Part shown: piece after piece, positions 51,626 to 64,000 of the stretch
How positions within the stretch are numbered: position 1 is the stretch's first letter
Layout of the letters: each line of letters begins with the position of its first letter
Source of the DNA: Octopus sinensis
Lineage: Eukaryota
Assembly (NCBI RefSeq): GCF_006345805.1
Contig: NC_043004.1
Coordinates: forward strand, 62,372,001-62,436,000
Reading direction: 5' to 3'
DNA length: 64,000 bases
Notes under the pieces: model-generated
What the model was told of the DNA's origin: nothing
Databases searched by the model: none
What the model saw: the letters and a program-made list of their open reading frames with translations, nothing else
Position numbers and translations under genes: made by a program

Positions 51626-53044
51626 CACATACACACACACACGCACACACAAACACAATACTAAGATAAATTTTGTCTCCCTTGAAAAAGAACTGACTAA
51701 AAAATAGGTGTCGTAATTAACCGACAAAGCGGATAAAAACTTCTTGTCAGCTACGCAATCATCCATTCGTAAACCATATTTCCTTTTGCAAATGTGATTT
51801 TCTTTTCGAGTAACAGAAATCTATTATTTTAAATACCAGGCATAGATTAATGATAATCTTGTGTTCTTCTTTTATATATGTCTCAAATCACGATGTTGCA
51901 GGCCACCTTCTCACAGTGATGCATTCACACTATGCAGTCATTTCTGCATTGTATATATTATAGCTTCTATACTGCATAATTATTTTATATTCATCCTGAT
52001 CTAATACGTGATCTAATATGTGAAATTTTCCGATGAAATTTCAATATACTCTTGTCCCTATCGATTTATTGAACCAAAAGATATTCTTGGGATAATGATT
52101 CGGATCACACGTAAGCTACATTTCCGAAGTATTATGAAATCATTATGCGATATTTCATTTATATTATACGTTTTAGTTGATTCTGATATAATGCCACAAA
52201 CCCTGCACTGGGTGATAAGGGAGAGCAGGATTACGAGATGTATGATGAAAATGGCGATGATGGTGATGATGATGATGGGGAGGAGGAGGGTGATGATGAA
52301 GAAGACAACATCGACGACTGTGATGATAATTTTGATAACAATGACGTATTTACGTAAGACACAAGTTTTCATTTACTCGTTTATATACCGTAATTGAATT
52401 AAACGTTCCATTACCTCGTTCTGATTTGTGCACGGACTCGCTCTCCAAAGTCCATATGTATGTATAAATACACATACATATATACATACCATATATATTA
52501 TATATATATATATATATAATATATATATAACTTTATTTAAAGCAGCAGAAATTTTTCAATTTTCTGCTGTCTTAAATAAAGCATATTACTCTACCACTGG
52601 TATTTGAGTACTCTTTTTTCCACCTTGTTTCACACATTTTATATATTGAAAAAGGTCAAGGTAGAAAATGCTAAAGTAATTTTATAAAAAACAATTCAGT
52701 ACCGTTTTCAGTCATTGAGAGTTTTTCAAATGTAAGTATTGTTGACAATTAAATTTTGGAAGAATTGAAAGATAAGTTTTTTTTTAATAGAATATTTGCT
52801 TAGTGTTCAAATATAAGGGGCATTTTCCTTGTTTCTGCTTGTTTCTGCCTCTCTTGTTTACTCTTGTGGGTCGGGGTCGTTGTCAATTCTTGGCAGAGAA
52901 GAAGAAGAAGAAGAAGAAGAAGAAGGAGAAGAAAAAGAAGAAGAAGTAGGAAAGAAGAAGGTGGAGGAGGAGAAGGTGGAGGGGGAGGAGAAGAAGGAAA
53001 AGGGAGAATAAGAAGGAATGTAGGTAGTAAGATAGTAGCAAGGT

Positions 53045-54400
53045 GTTAAATGGTCAAGTGACCTAAAAGTAAAAGTTATGGATTATAGCAGTGATTGGGA
53101 CTGTTTTTTAATGAATTCTTTGGAATCTCTTGAGTGAACCATGTTTAATATTTGCGTGTTTGTTTCTGTTATTCTAAGGCCGTGGTGGATATGTTTGTTG
53201 TAGACGCGTTCAAAAGTGATCTGTATTTTGTAATAAAAAGAGTATCTTTACTAATTATTTGGCTATAGGTTGTATCGTCTCTGAATTTGTAGAAGGGGGA
53301 AATTCTGAAGCTACTAAGAGCAGCCTTGATAGAAACAGCAAAACATTTTCGCAGTGTAGCGTCCGAGGTAAGTTTCTGGCAGTGTTAATGCTTTGTCAGC
53401 CCATTTTTTAGAATGATGGAGTTTTTTTAGCAGAATCCTCACCCTGTTTCTTATTAATGATTGATCTGTGTCACAATACGCACTGTGGTCACTACAAGTC
53501 AGTTGGACAGAATTCAGAAAGGATCTTTGTGTAATGATGAGTTCCAACTGATGCCAATGTTAAGATCTTGGGTGCTTCCAAGATGCCTTGTGGGATAGCT
53601 CGTTGGCTAAGAATGTGTTAGGTTTTGGTATGTGCAAAAGTCAAGTGAGTTAAAATATGCAAGAAGGTATATGTTTTCGTTGGTTGGTAAGTTTCTAATG
53701 ACGCAGTTGAGATCTTAATAGAACTGGTCCTTGGTCTCCTTTGAGCTGTAGAGAGTGGGGGCATAGATGCCCAGTAGATGTACTGAGCCAGAAGAGCTCA
53801 AGAAGCGTTCAAAAAGTGTTCTATTGAGGAGAGTAATGAATTTCTCACAGCAAAACCAACACCGTGTTTACGAGGTTCCTCTGGATCGCTAGCCTGTCAA
53901 AAGAAGGTGAAATCTTGTTCCTTGAGTTTGCAGTTTGAGGAGAGTCTTGTCTCCTACAGTCCAGCAATGTCTATTTTGAGCCTCTTTAGTTTGCGGTCAT
54001 TGGTGGCTGTCTTTTTGTGTCTTCAACCGTGAGTGGGTCATCGGATATGCCATGGCACATGGTCCCTCAGCAGCACTGATGTGTCATCTCCAGTTTTGCG
54101 CAGGCCTGCGCTAGATAACAGAAACTCATGGGTAGCCAAACCGTCAGCAATCCTCTCTCGACCTTACTGACATAGTACAAAGGAGGGCAGAGCATTACGT
54201 TTGGCACCAGCTTGGTTGCAGGAGCTACCGAAAGACTGTCGACTCGAATAATGAACCGCCATCGGGGTTCCACTCCGGATTTCTTTGAACGTTTTCTCCT
54301 TTCCGCAACCCTGGATAGGGGCCCATATCGGTACGGACAGCCGGAGCAGCTGCGCCCGGGACTCGTGTCAGGCAGAGTCGTCATTCTCTGAAGTAGTGAA
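53045..54400 (-). mobile_element. RTE-clade LINE, 5' UTR and endonuclease region, decayed and 3'-truncated
   Basis: 'DRKLKRLKIDIAGL*ETRL' (~53990), 'GIYAPTL' (~53760), 'RSFLNSVQLTCSDHSAYCDTDQSL' (~53500); GC-rich 5' UTR at 54060-54400. Confidence 0.8.
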
Positions 54401-54578
54401 GGAAATCGCTACCTACTATGTAAACATATGTATATATATATATATATATATAATATTATAATATATATTATATATATAATATATATATATCGCATTTTAA
54501 CCAGCGATGTGTTGCAACATCTGATAGCCTGCTCGGTGACGGTGACGGTGATATAATATTATATATATTATATATATA

Positions 54579-54628
<50 letters not shown>

Positions 54629-54710
54629 ATATATATATTATATATATATACATATATATAATATAAATATATAGATTTATATATACATATGTATATATAT
54701 ATATATATAT

Positions 54711-55020
54711 ATCACTGTGATCACCGTGACCGACCAGGCTATCAGATGTTGCTACACATCGATGGTCACAATGCGCTTCGCATTGTCTTAGCCTTCAAAT
54801 GACGCCACCCCGCTGGCTAAGCGAGCAGGCCAACAGAAGAAAGAGCGCGAGAAAGTTGTGGCGAAAAAGTACTGCAGGAATCGCCACCAACCCCTGCCGG
54901 AGTATCGTGGAGGCGTAGGAGTTTTCGCTCAATAAACACTCACAACGCCCGATCTGGGAATCGATACCGCGATCCTACGACCACGAGTCCGGTGCCTAAC
55001 CACTGGGCCATTGCGCCTCC
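54711..55020 (-). mobile_element. Arg-tRNA-type SINE, tail B, full length
   Basis: Reverse complement of the 33282/34321 type. Confidence 0.9.
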
Positions 55021-55072
55021 ACTATATATATATATATATATATGTCTGTGTGTGTGTGTGTATGTGTGTGTG

Positions 55073-55105
<33 letters not shown>

Positions 55106-55115
55106 ATGTATATGT

Positions 55116-55151
<36 letters not shown>

Positions 55152-55304
55152 AATATTTATGTATGACTGTTGCAATTCTTCTTTATGAACTTGCTTTCGA
55201 TTACTTGCAAGTTATGCAGATACTTTCAATACAGCGTTCTTGTGTATATAAATTTACTTGATGATGTTCATAATGGTGAAGTAAAAGAAAGAAGACAAAG
55301 TAGT

Positions 55305-55387
55305 AGAAGAAGAAGAAGAAGAAGAAGAAGAAGAAGAAGAAGAAGAAGAAGAAGAAGAAGAAGAAGAAGAAGAAGAAGAAGAAGAAG
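55305..55387. repeat. (GAA)n microsatellite
   Basis: Direct reading. Confidence 0.95.
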
Positions 55388-55852
55388 CTGATGATGATGA
55401 CAATGACGATGTTAGAGCCACGGATATAATGGGGTTCGATTAAAAGAAGCAGTACATTTCAATAACATATGGCCAACGAATACTTAGTTTTAGGTATATA
55501 CGTATATATTTAGATAGATGCGTTGAGTACGTATTTATTCTTTTGTTTACATAATCTTCTTGAAATATTCAAACGTCTAGATGTCTATGTCCTTGAATGA
55601 CATTTCAAATGTTTAGTCTCAGAATATCCACTACTCTATTTACTTGAATGACGCCTTACACATTGTATCCTTTCTTAATTTTACCATTCCACTTCCTTAC
55701 ATATCCTGTTTTTATTAAGTAATTCCACACTGAATGACCAGCTAAATCACACACCATATATCCCTAAACATAGATTCCTTATTTAACTGATAGAGCAACA
55801 GAATTGTATGTACGTACGTATGTACTGATATAGCTATTATTGTATCTATTTT

Positions 55853-55912
<60 letters not shown>

Positions 55913-56018
55913 TGTGTGTGTGTGTGTGTGTGCATGTGTGTGTGTGTGTGTGTGCGTGTGTATATATATGTATATATATATGTATGTATGTATGCATATA
56001 TATATATATATATATATA

Positions 56019-56050
<32 letters not shown>

Positions 56051-56057
56051 TATATAT

Positions 56058-56159
<102 letters not shown>

Positions 56160-57659
56160 CTTGCATTTTGGTGCTTGTGTGAGGGTGTATGTATAATTAT
56201 GTATTTATACTACACATACTTCCTGTAAGATGTATGTAACATCTCAAAAGAATTCAATTTTTTCTCCTATAAACGGTTCGACTGTTCTTCTCTTTACGTA
56301 TATATATTTATTTGTCAATGCTGTTTCTATGTATGTATACATGTGTTTTTTGCAATTATCTGTAATTATTATCGCTAAAATCCAACTTTGAAAATACTAC
56401 TGCACGCTATCTTATATCTTCTTAATTTAAATCAACATTAAGAGACGAAATTACATGCACATATTACTCATTTGAAGCATTGTACAAGCAATATTATTTA
56501 ATTGCTCTCAAAGCATATTATTTAAAGTATATTTAAAGTATATTTAACATTTCTAAAATCTTAATACATGTCAAAATGTTGATATTAAGATCACTAAACT
56601 AGAAATATAATTCTGTATTATATCGTTATCTATAGAGAAATAATATTTGCATATGTAGATGAAAAAGATATTTATTCCTGGGTATGTATTTTTCAATGTT
56701 GTGCAAATTTACTTAAATTATCTATGTGTAGTATTGATTATACAATAACATAAACATATATTTCTATGGCTGTCATCAATATTTAGATTTAGATTTTAAA
56801 GAAATAAACTTATTCGACGACAGCACAATATAACACATATTACAGAGTAAAATACACGTGTAACGCAAACAACTACAGTCATAGAAAAAGCTTAAAAGAA
56901 ATTAACAATAGCATCACTTCACCATTGACAAATGAGAAAATCCACATGAAAATACGTATGCATACATACAGATGCGCAGACGCTCATACACATATATATT
57001 GTTGCATTATAGGAGAGGATATTCAGCTAAAAAACCTACACATAGGCGTCCGTTACTTTATTGTAACTTATTTACTTAATATATAACTGGAGTTGTAACT
57101 TGTTTGTCAACTAGTGTAGTAGCATAAATTTGCTCTTTTAATTTCCGGCCTTTCAATTATAGAGGGCATCCAACACACAGCAAACTTCATTGTATAAAGT
57201 GTCAAGTTCAAATTCACTACTTGTTTTGAATTCTCGATAAAATGACCTCTCGATCTATGGCTACAAATTACAGAACTATAAATTTTCAAATTGTATTACA
57301 CGACACATCGTATAAAACTAGATGTAAGTTTCTTTGTGAGCGTGCATAAATACGTACGTACATACATACATATATATATGTATCTATATGTGTATATATA
57401 TATATATATATATTCTTTTATTCTTTTATATGCTTCAGTCCAGTGACTGTGGCCATGCTGGAGCACCGCAGACAAAACAAGATTTAACATCTATGTCATT
57501 TATTTGAATGATGCTAAAAGGAAACACTCGTATATGAATTCCTTCACTATATGCAGGAGTAAATAACATGAGTAAATCAATGTATAAAGGTGTAAACAGG
57601 ATTGGATACGCTCATTAGAAACGCTGTAGATGGGTTTCGTAGAATTACAACTAAAGATT

Positions 57660-57880
57660 TATTTCAAATTTTGACTCAAGGTCAGCATTATTGGAGAAAG
57701 GGTGAAGTTGATTAGACTGACCCTAGTGTTCAACTGGTATTTACTGTATCGGCCCTGAAGAGATGAAAGGGCAAGTCAAGACGGCAGTATTTGAGCTTAG
57801 AACGTTAAAGTCCGAAAAAATGCTGTTAGTCATTTTTTTTTTGGCACATTAATGATTCTGACAGCTTATCGTCTTAAAAA
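57660..57880 (-). mobile_element. Degenerate family M SINE
   Basis: 'ttgattagactgaccctagtgttcaactggtattt...atgaaagggcaagtc...tttgagcttagaacg'. Confidence 0.6.
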
Positions 57881-57896
57881 CAACAAAATTTCTTAC

Positions 57897-57945
57897 GCTT
57901 TTACACATGAAACTCAACTCATGCTTTTACATATGAAACTCAACT
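57897..57945. repeat. 26-bp-period tandem duplication
   Basis: 'gcttttaca(c/t)atgaaactcaact' occurs twice. Confidence 0.85.
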
Positions 57946-58184
57946 TTTAGAATTTCACTATAACAAAATAAATTTAGTCAGAGATTAATAATTAGATGAC
58001 TTCATGTTAAAAAATAACATAAATTTATTTTATTAAAGTAGGGATGAAGTATGAAATATAGTACGTAAGCGCCGTGGTAAGACAGTGTAAAATCACTGCG
58101 ACACGTTAGAGTTTCGAAAGAATACGTGAACAAAATGAAAAATGATGGTAGTTGCATAAAGAAATACATACCATAATTATTCAG

Positions 58185-58307
58185 GTTGCACCATCGACAC
58201 ATAACTACTGACACATTCAATAGGCTTACCATATACAATGCCATAAATGATGAAGAAAATCGCTTCAAGAAGGTGCAGGAAATTGAAGGTGACAAAAAAT
58301 GTGTGAC
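58185..58307 (+). CDS. Candidate internal coding exon (123 bp, phase 2-2), product unknown
   Basis: Acceptor 'aattattcag|', donor '|gtaaga', open frame LHHRHITTDTFNRLTIYNAINDEENRFKKVQEIEGDKKCV, with in-frame stops just outside both splice sites. Confidence 0.3.
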
Positions 58308-58521
58308 GTAAGAATTTGTTTAAATTTGTTACTCAAAATGCATTAATTTTCTAATTACAACCCATTGTGCTTTTTAATATTGTAATCATTATTAGTGGAA
58401 CGACTGCATCAGATTTGAAGCTAGGAGTATTTCAACACAATAATAGTTAATGACGTATACTGAAAACTGCGAAAACCTAAAGAACGATTTACATATTCTT
58501 AATACGGTCCGATAATATCGA

Positions 58522-58582
58522 ACGGGAATATGCTTGTTGTCTTATTTATCTACGGGATATGCTTGTTGTCTTATTTATCTAC
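58522..58582. repeat. ~30-bp tandem duplication
   Basis: 'acggga(a)tatgcttgttgtcttatttatctac' occurs twice. Confidence 0.9.
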
Positions 58583-58596
58583 TCCTACAGACACAA

Positions 58597-59005
58597 CAGT
58601 GGCTGTGTGGTAAGTAGTTTTTTTACCAACCACATGGTTCCGAGTTTAGACCTACTGCGTGGTACCTTGAGCAAGTGTCTTCTACTATAGCCTCGGGCCG
58701 ACCAATGCCTTGTGAGTGGATTTGGTAGACGGAAACTGAAAGAAGCCTATCGAAAATATGTATATATATATGTATGTGTGTGTGTTTGTGTGTCCGTGTT
58801 TGTCCCCCTAGCATTGCTTGACAACTGATGCTGGTGTGTTTATGCCCCCGTCACTTAGCGGTTCGGCAAAATGACCGATAGAATAAGTACTAGGCTTACA
58901 AAGAATAAGTCCCGGGGTCGAATTGCTCGATTAAAGGCGGTGCTCCAGCATGGCCGCAGTGAAATGACTGAAACAAGTAAAAGAGTAAAAGAGAGTAAAG
59001 AGAGA
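58597..59005 (+). mobile_element. Composite CORE-like SINE
   Basis: Same modules as 7945-8372; tail ends in reiterated 'agagtaaa'. Confidence 0.88.
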
Positions 59006-59164
59006 GTAAACACTTTAACCATTCAGAACTGTGTGTTCAGAACAGAAGATTCTGTCGGATAAAGGGACTTCCAGATACCATGCTGTTTCGATCTGGTTGC
59101 CTCCTTTCTGTCGAAGATACTCAGGATCAATGAATTTAAGCACGAGATTTATTTTCTGATGCAT

Positions 59165-59560
59165 AATAGTTATGCACGCCGGACGAAATGCTTAGCTGTA
59201 TTTCGTCTGCCGTTACATTCTGAGTTCAAATTCCGCCGAGGTCAACTTTGCCTTTCATCCATTCGGGGTCGATTAAATAAGTAAATGTTACGCACTGGGG
59301 TCGATGTAATCGACTTAATCCCCTTGTTTGTCATTTCTATGTTTATCACCCTGTTGGCAATACAGAAATAAATGATAAATCAACACCAGAAGGCGGCTGG
59401 TTGGCAGACACTTTACGTTACGATTTCAAATTTCACCAAGGTCGACTTTGCCTATCATCTTTCGGGATTACTATACAATACATACCAGTCAAGGACCGGG
59501 GCCGATATAACCGATTTACCCTTTCTCGCCACGATTTTTGCTGTTTCCCAACATATTGAG
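59165..59560 (+). mobile_element. Two family M SINE copies (one well preserved, one degenerate)
   Basis: Central block and tail recognisable at 59165-59360 and 59390-59560. Confidence 0.75.
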
Positions 59561-59670
59561 ATCAATATACTGATATGAGAAGCTGCCAGATGTTATTAGA
59601 AACGTATATATACATCATTACTGCAGCATTTCCGATACAGTATTATTCACGTGGAATAAGATGTGTGTCT

Positions 59671-59717
<47 letters not shown>

Positions 59718-59736
59718 TATATATATATGTATCGTC

Positions 59737-60086
59737 GTACTCCGTCGCTTACGATGAAGAGGGTTACAGATGATCAAATCAACGGAACAGCCTGCTCGTG
59801 AAATTAACACGTGTACCTTTAACGTAATTCTCGGGGAAATTAAGCGTCACACAGAGAGTGACAAGGCTGGTCATTTAATATAAAGGTACATCAGAAATAG
59901 AAAGAAACAGTGAGAGTAAGGTGTGGAGAAAGAGTACAGCAGGGTTCGCCACAACCCCTTGCCGGAACCACGCGGTGCTTTAACAATTTTCGCACAATAA
60001 GCACTCACAACACCCGGTCTGGGAATCGAAACCGCGATCCTACGACCAGGACCCCGCTGCCCTAACCACTGGGCCATTGTGCCTCC
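59737..60086 (-). mobile_element. Arg-tRNA-type SINE, tail A
   Basis: Reverse complement of the 11354/39429 type, with small deletions. Confidence 0.85.
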
Positions 60087-60569
60087 ACACGCGAGCACAC
60101 ACACACGCACACACTTCTATCGATAAGAAAAGAGGAACTTCGATTATCCCCACGTGGTGAGTTGTAATGTATATAAGAAATTAAAAAAGGAAAATACGCA
60201 CACTTACATAGTTTTAATATAATTTCTTATATATCGACCCGTTTCGCGATATTATGTTTTACCTATTTGAATATATATTTTTTCATAAGAAGAAATGTTG
60301 TCCATGTTGTGTGTGATGAAATTCAAGAGTGAGTGACTTCACAAGTAGATAAATAAAGAGATGTAATTGGTTGTTGTTATTATTGTTATTGTTGTGGGTA
60401 AGGGAGATAGCTGTTCAGCTTTCAGTAATGGGAGGAGAATATATATCTGTACAGACAGAGACAAGTTTAAAAAACCTTGTCTAATGAGGGGATTTATGTA
60501 CAGTGGTGTAATCGTGAATTGAAATATTTAAAAATGTATCTTTTTACATATTTCAATTTCTACCCCTTT

Positions 60570-60815
60570 CCTGACTCAATTTATGTCCCAATTCACACAA
60601 TTTTAATCTTATAGACAACTTTGTGAAGGGTGCGCTTCAAAAAGGTACCAGCTGTTCAGCCTGCAACACCAAGCCACAACGAGAAGAAATGATCAAAGAA
60701 GTGTTCTATTATATTCCTCGGGGCACATTGACGAACACACGCGCCAGGTTTCGGAGCCGTCTCAAGGCCGTTTCCGAAGCTACAGGTGGCTAATTTCAGT
60801 AAAATTTCAGATCAC
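60570..60815 (+). pseudogene. Tc1/mariner-superfamily transposase C-terminal remnant
   Basis: 'CPNSHNFNLIDNFVKG...CNTK...MIKEVF..IPRGTL...RFRSRLKAVSEATGG*F' resembles WPPNSPDxNPxDYFVW...RFRSRLEAVIEAxGGYF. Confidence 0.65.
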
Positions 60816-61188
60816 ATATATAATTTACTTGATAAATTTTCTATTCTTAAATTACTTCTATTTCTGGGGGGATATCGGGTTTTCCTTTCCTTTGATTCAA
60901 ACTGCCGAAAGTATCCTGAACATCATGTATGCATATATGCCTAAAGGTATGTGTCCGTGTGTTTGTATGTGTGTGCGAATTTGTGCGTATGTATGCCTGC
61001 CTGTGTAAACATGCGCGCACAAAAGCACGCATAACATATAAAGAGAGAAAGGATAGGAAGAAGAGGCAAAATAGAAATAATACAATAAATAAAATTACGG
61101 AATATATGATTTAGAAAAAAATCTAGGAGGGAAAAATTTAAATAAATGATATAGGAAAGTAATTTAAAACATAAACATATAAGTATAT

Positions 61189-61419
61189 ATTTCTTTACTG
61201 CCCACAAGAGGCTAAACAAAGAGGGAACAGAAAAGGACAGACAAAGGGATAAAGTCGATTACAACGTCCCCAGAGTGAAACTGGTACTTTATTTATCGAC
61301 CCCCGAAAGGATGAAAGGCAAATTCGACCTCGGAGGAATTTGAACTCAGAACGTAGCGTTAGACGAAATACCGCTAAGCATTTCGCCCGTCACGTTAACG
61401 TTTCTGACAGCTCGCCGCC
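61189..61419 (-). mobile_element. Family M SINE with a long target-site duplication
   Basis: Full length; flanked by the exact 19-mer 'cataaacatataagtatat' at 61170-61188 and 61429-61447. Confidence 0.9.
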
Positions 61420-62057
61420 GATATAAAGCATAAACATATAAGTATATGAAACAGGAAATTATAACCAACTGTGGACGACAAGACATTATTGTCTGGAGGA
61501 ATATAAATAGACAAAATTTTAGACAGTCGAGAAGTTAATTTATGATCGAGTTGCTTATAAAAATTGTTCGCGTGTTTTATGATTTTTTGCTTCTTATGCA
61601 TTCATCAATATATATTTTCAGTTCTTGTTTTCAATAAGAATCCAAAATTAGTCATTGGCAACACATTTACCATCATGTAAAGAATGTTAAAATTTTGGAC
61701 AGAAAATGAGATTTCATATTTTGGCTGCTTTGCAAAGTATTTACAATACTAAACACACGCATACAAGCTCATACGCGCGCGCACGTGCACACATCCATGC
61801 ACACACACGCACAGATCATGTATATAACGTGTGATGGTTGTATCTTCTACCATGAATAACTATTACATCATCTTAAATACTGCAAAGTAGGTAAGTAGGT
61901 ACACATAATTTTATATCGCAAAGGTCAACCTTAATACCATTTGGCGTCTGGCCTCTGTGTCAGAATGCACGTAAACACAAGCATATACATGCATATATAT
62001 ATATATTTGTGTGTATGTGTGTGTGTACGTATGTATGTATGTGTGTGTATATATATG

Positions 62058-62089
<32 letters not shown>

Positions 62090-62609
62090 AAGATAGATAG
62101 ATACTTATATATATAGGAATTTATTCTATAACAATTATTTACAGTGAAATACTTTTTATTCATTTAACAATTATTTGATTTATAAATCACTTCTTTGATA
62201 TTGTGAACACACTGTTTACGTTAATCAATTATATGTAATAGTATAAAGGTATGTATGCAAATAACTATATTCAGTTCAAAGAGAAAATATAGCTTGATAG
62301 AAAATGAGAAAAGAAAACATTGTGTCTCTTGGCACATGTTTTTAAACGGAGATAGAACTACGATCGTTAATGCAATCTTTCCGTTATCTTTTAGAGAAAG
62401 CAAAAATGCCAACACTTCAGTTTCGATTGCATGTGTTCATTATTTTCTCGCTACCTTTGTGTTTCTCTCACACAGTCTTCTTCCTTCAAAATATAGAAAA
62501 TTCTTTGAATACGACACATGGATATAATATAATAACTATTAATCATTTGTTTTTCTCTCCTCTTCTTCCCAATCCTGATGATATACATAGGACATTTCCG
62601 AAAATATCG

Positions 62610-62817
62610 ATTTCAAATTTTGGCGCAAAGCCAGTAATTTCGGGAGAAGGTGTAAGTCAAAGATATCGACTCCAGTGTTCAAGTGGTATTTATTTTATCG
62701 TCACCGAAAGGATGAAAACTAAAGACGACCTCTATGGATCTTGAAATCAGAACGCAAAGACAGACATGTCGCTAAGCATTTTGCCCGGCGTGCTAATAAT
62801 TCTGCAAGCTCGCCGCC
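62610..62817 (-). mobile_element. Family M SINE
   Basis: 'gatatcgactccagtg...tttatcgtcaccgaaaggatgaaa...gcccggcgtgctaataattctgcaagctcgccgcc'. Confidence 0.75.
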
Positions 62818-64000
62818 TTACAATTATGAAATATTATACAAATGTTCAATACATTTAATGATATAGACATAAAGATAAACACGATCTGAGGAAACTAGTA
62901 TATAATTTTTACATGTTTCTTTACTTAAGGGGATAAAATATCATGCGACACAATACAAATTGCTTACACAAAGGAATAATGTTTTGTGAAACACTATTTT
63001 GATATAAGCATCGAATGTGATCTGGAAAATACGAGATTAGCTCCTCTTATAGAGGTTGTGCTTGAAAGTTTCTGTATGTATATATCACAGGAATTATGAA
63101 TGAATAAAAATATGCAGATTAAATACATTTTCCAACGCAATTGTGTTTGAATCCCGCTTCATATATGGTCCGAAATTCCATTTACAAACTGAAAATTAAG
63201 GTTTTGTAGAATAGTCGATATGTATGGAATATACTGCAATAAATGCACGTCAGTTATGAGGTGCAGGCAGAGATTTTACATCGAATTATAACATATATAT
63301 TGGAACAGGCAAAAAGAAATTGATAGTTTTTTCGGTATAAATTTATCCCAATATTTTCATTAATAGTTTCATGTCTTTGAAGTTTCTAAAGTTTTTCATC
63401 ATGACATGACCTGTACTATAAAGGTAGATAAGATCCCTGTTTTTTAGATAGAAATGCATCTGTTCACGTGAATATTAACCAACAAACATCATTTGAGTAA
63501 TCGCCAAAAGACTACCTGCAATTTTATAATGGACACAATGAATTCAGTTCACATAAATGCTATAGTCCAAAACCGGATCACTGCGCTTTCCTACGCCCGT
63601 TTAAACGCCATTCTGATCAACAATTTTCATTCTCTAAGCCAAATTAAACTCAGCAAGTGTCTTGAACCATCTGAAAACGTGTTCTATCTGGCTGTGCTCT
63701 TTTCATACAGCCATGGATAGACCTCACTGCAGTAATAGATGTCCATCGAATCACTGGTAGTTTGATTTGATCATGAATACATAGATAAATAAATACCCCC
63801 CACCACACACACATATATATATATGTATATGTACGTATATAAATAATCACATATATACATATGTGCATGTATATATGGATGAATGGATCATTAGATTGAT
63901 GTGTATGTGAGTGTGTGTGACTGTGTGTGTTTCTAATTATATAAATATATGCACATTATAGTACTCCTCAGTAGATCATTTCACTATTAGACAATATTGC

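Noticed and set aside
54253-54347. Possible HDV-like ribozyme in the RTE 5' UTR (GCUCCGG/CCGGAGU, then GG and a hairpin)
   Set aside because: P1 and P4 look right, but L3 lacks the CC needed for P1.1 and P2 pairs poorly. It is not supportable without a family consensus.
63683-63720. Short hairpin ctatc-tggctgt...acagcca-gatag
   Set aside because: Too short for a pre-miRNA and matches no miRNA I recognise.

Overview
AT-rich eukaryotic, repeat-saturated genomic DNA (intergenic or intronic). The SINE families resemble those I recall from Octopus, so a coleoid cephalopod is likely; this is inference, not a search result. I recognise no intact host protein-coding gene. Most ORF-track entries are read-throughs of (TA)n/(CA)n/(TTA)n microsatellites. 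The window holds many copies of three tRNA-derived SINE families and a full-length but decayed mariner (48266-49542). It also holds three 5'-truncated restriction-like-endonuclease (R4/Dong-type) non-LTR fragments, an RTE LINE 5' fragment, a decayed Penelope-like RT/GIY-YIG ORF, a composite non-autonomous Helitron, and a ~555-bp repeat inserted three times into one (TTA)n tract. The most notable signal is a set of type I hammerhead ribozyme folds of Penelope/retrozyme style. One pair sits back-to-back in a 312-bp, 98%-perfect palindrome (27628-27939). A second pair with a long stem II sits in an inverted/tandem ~440-nt unit (32276-33092). Degenerate relatives occur at 27347, 28150 and 51497, mostly embedded in (TA)n tracts. 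All folds were derived by eye and are untested.
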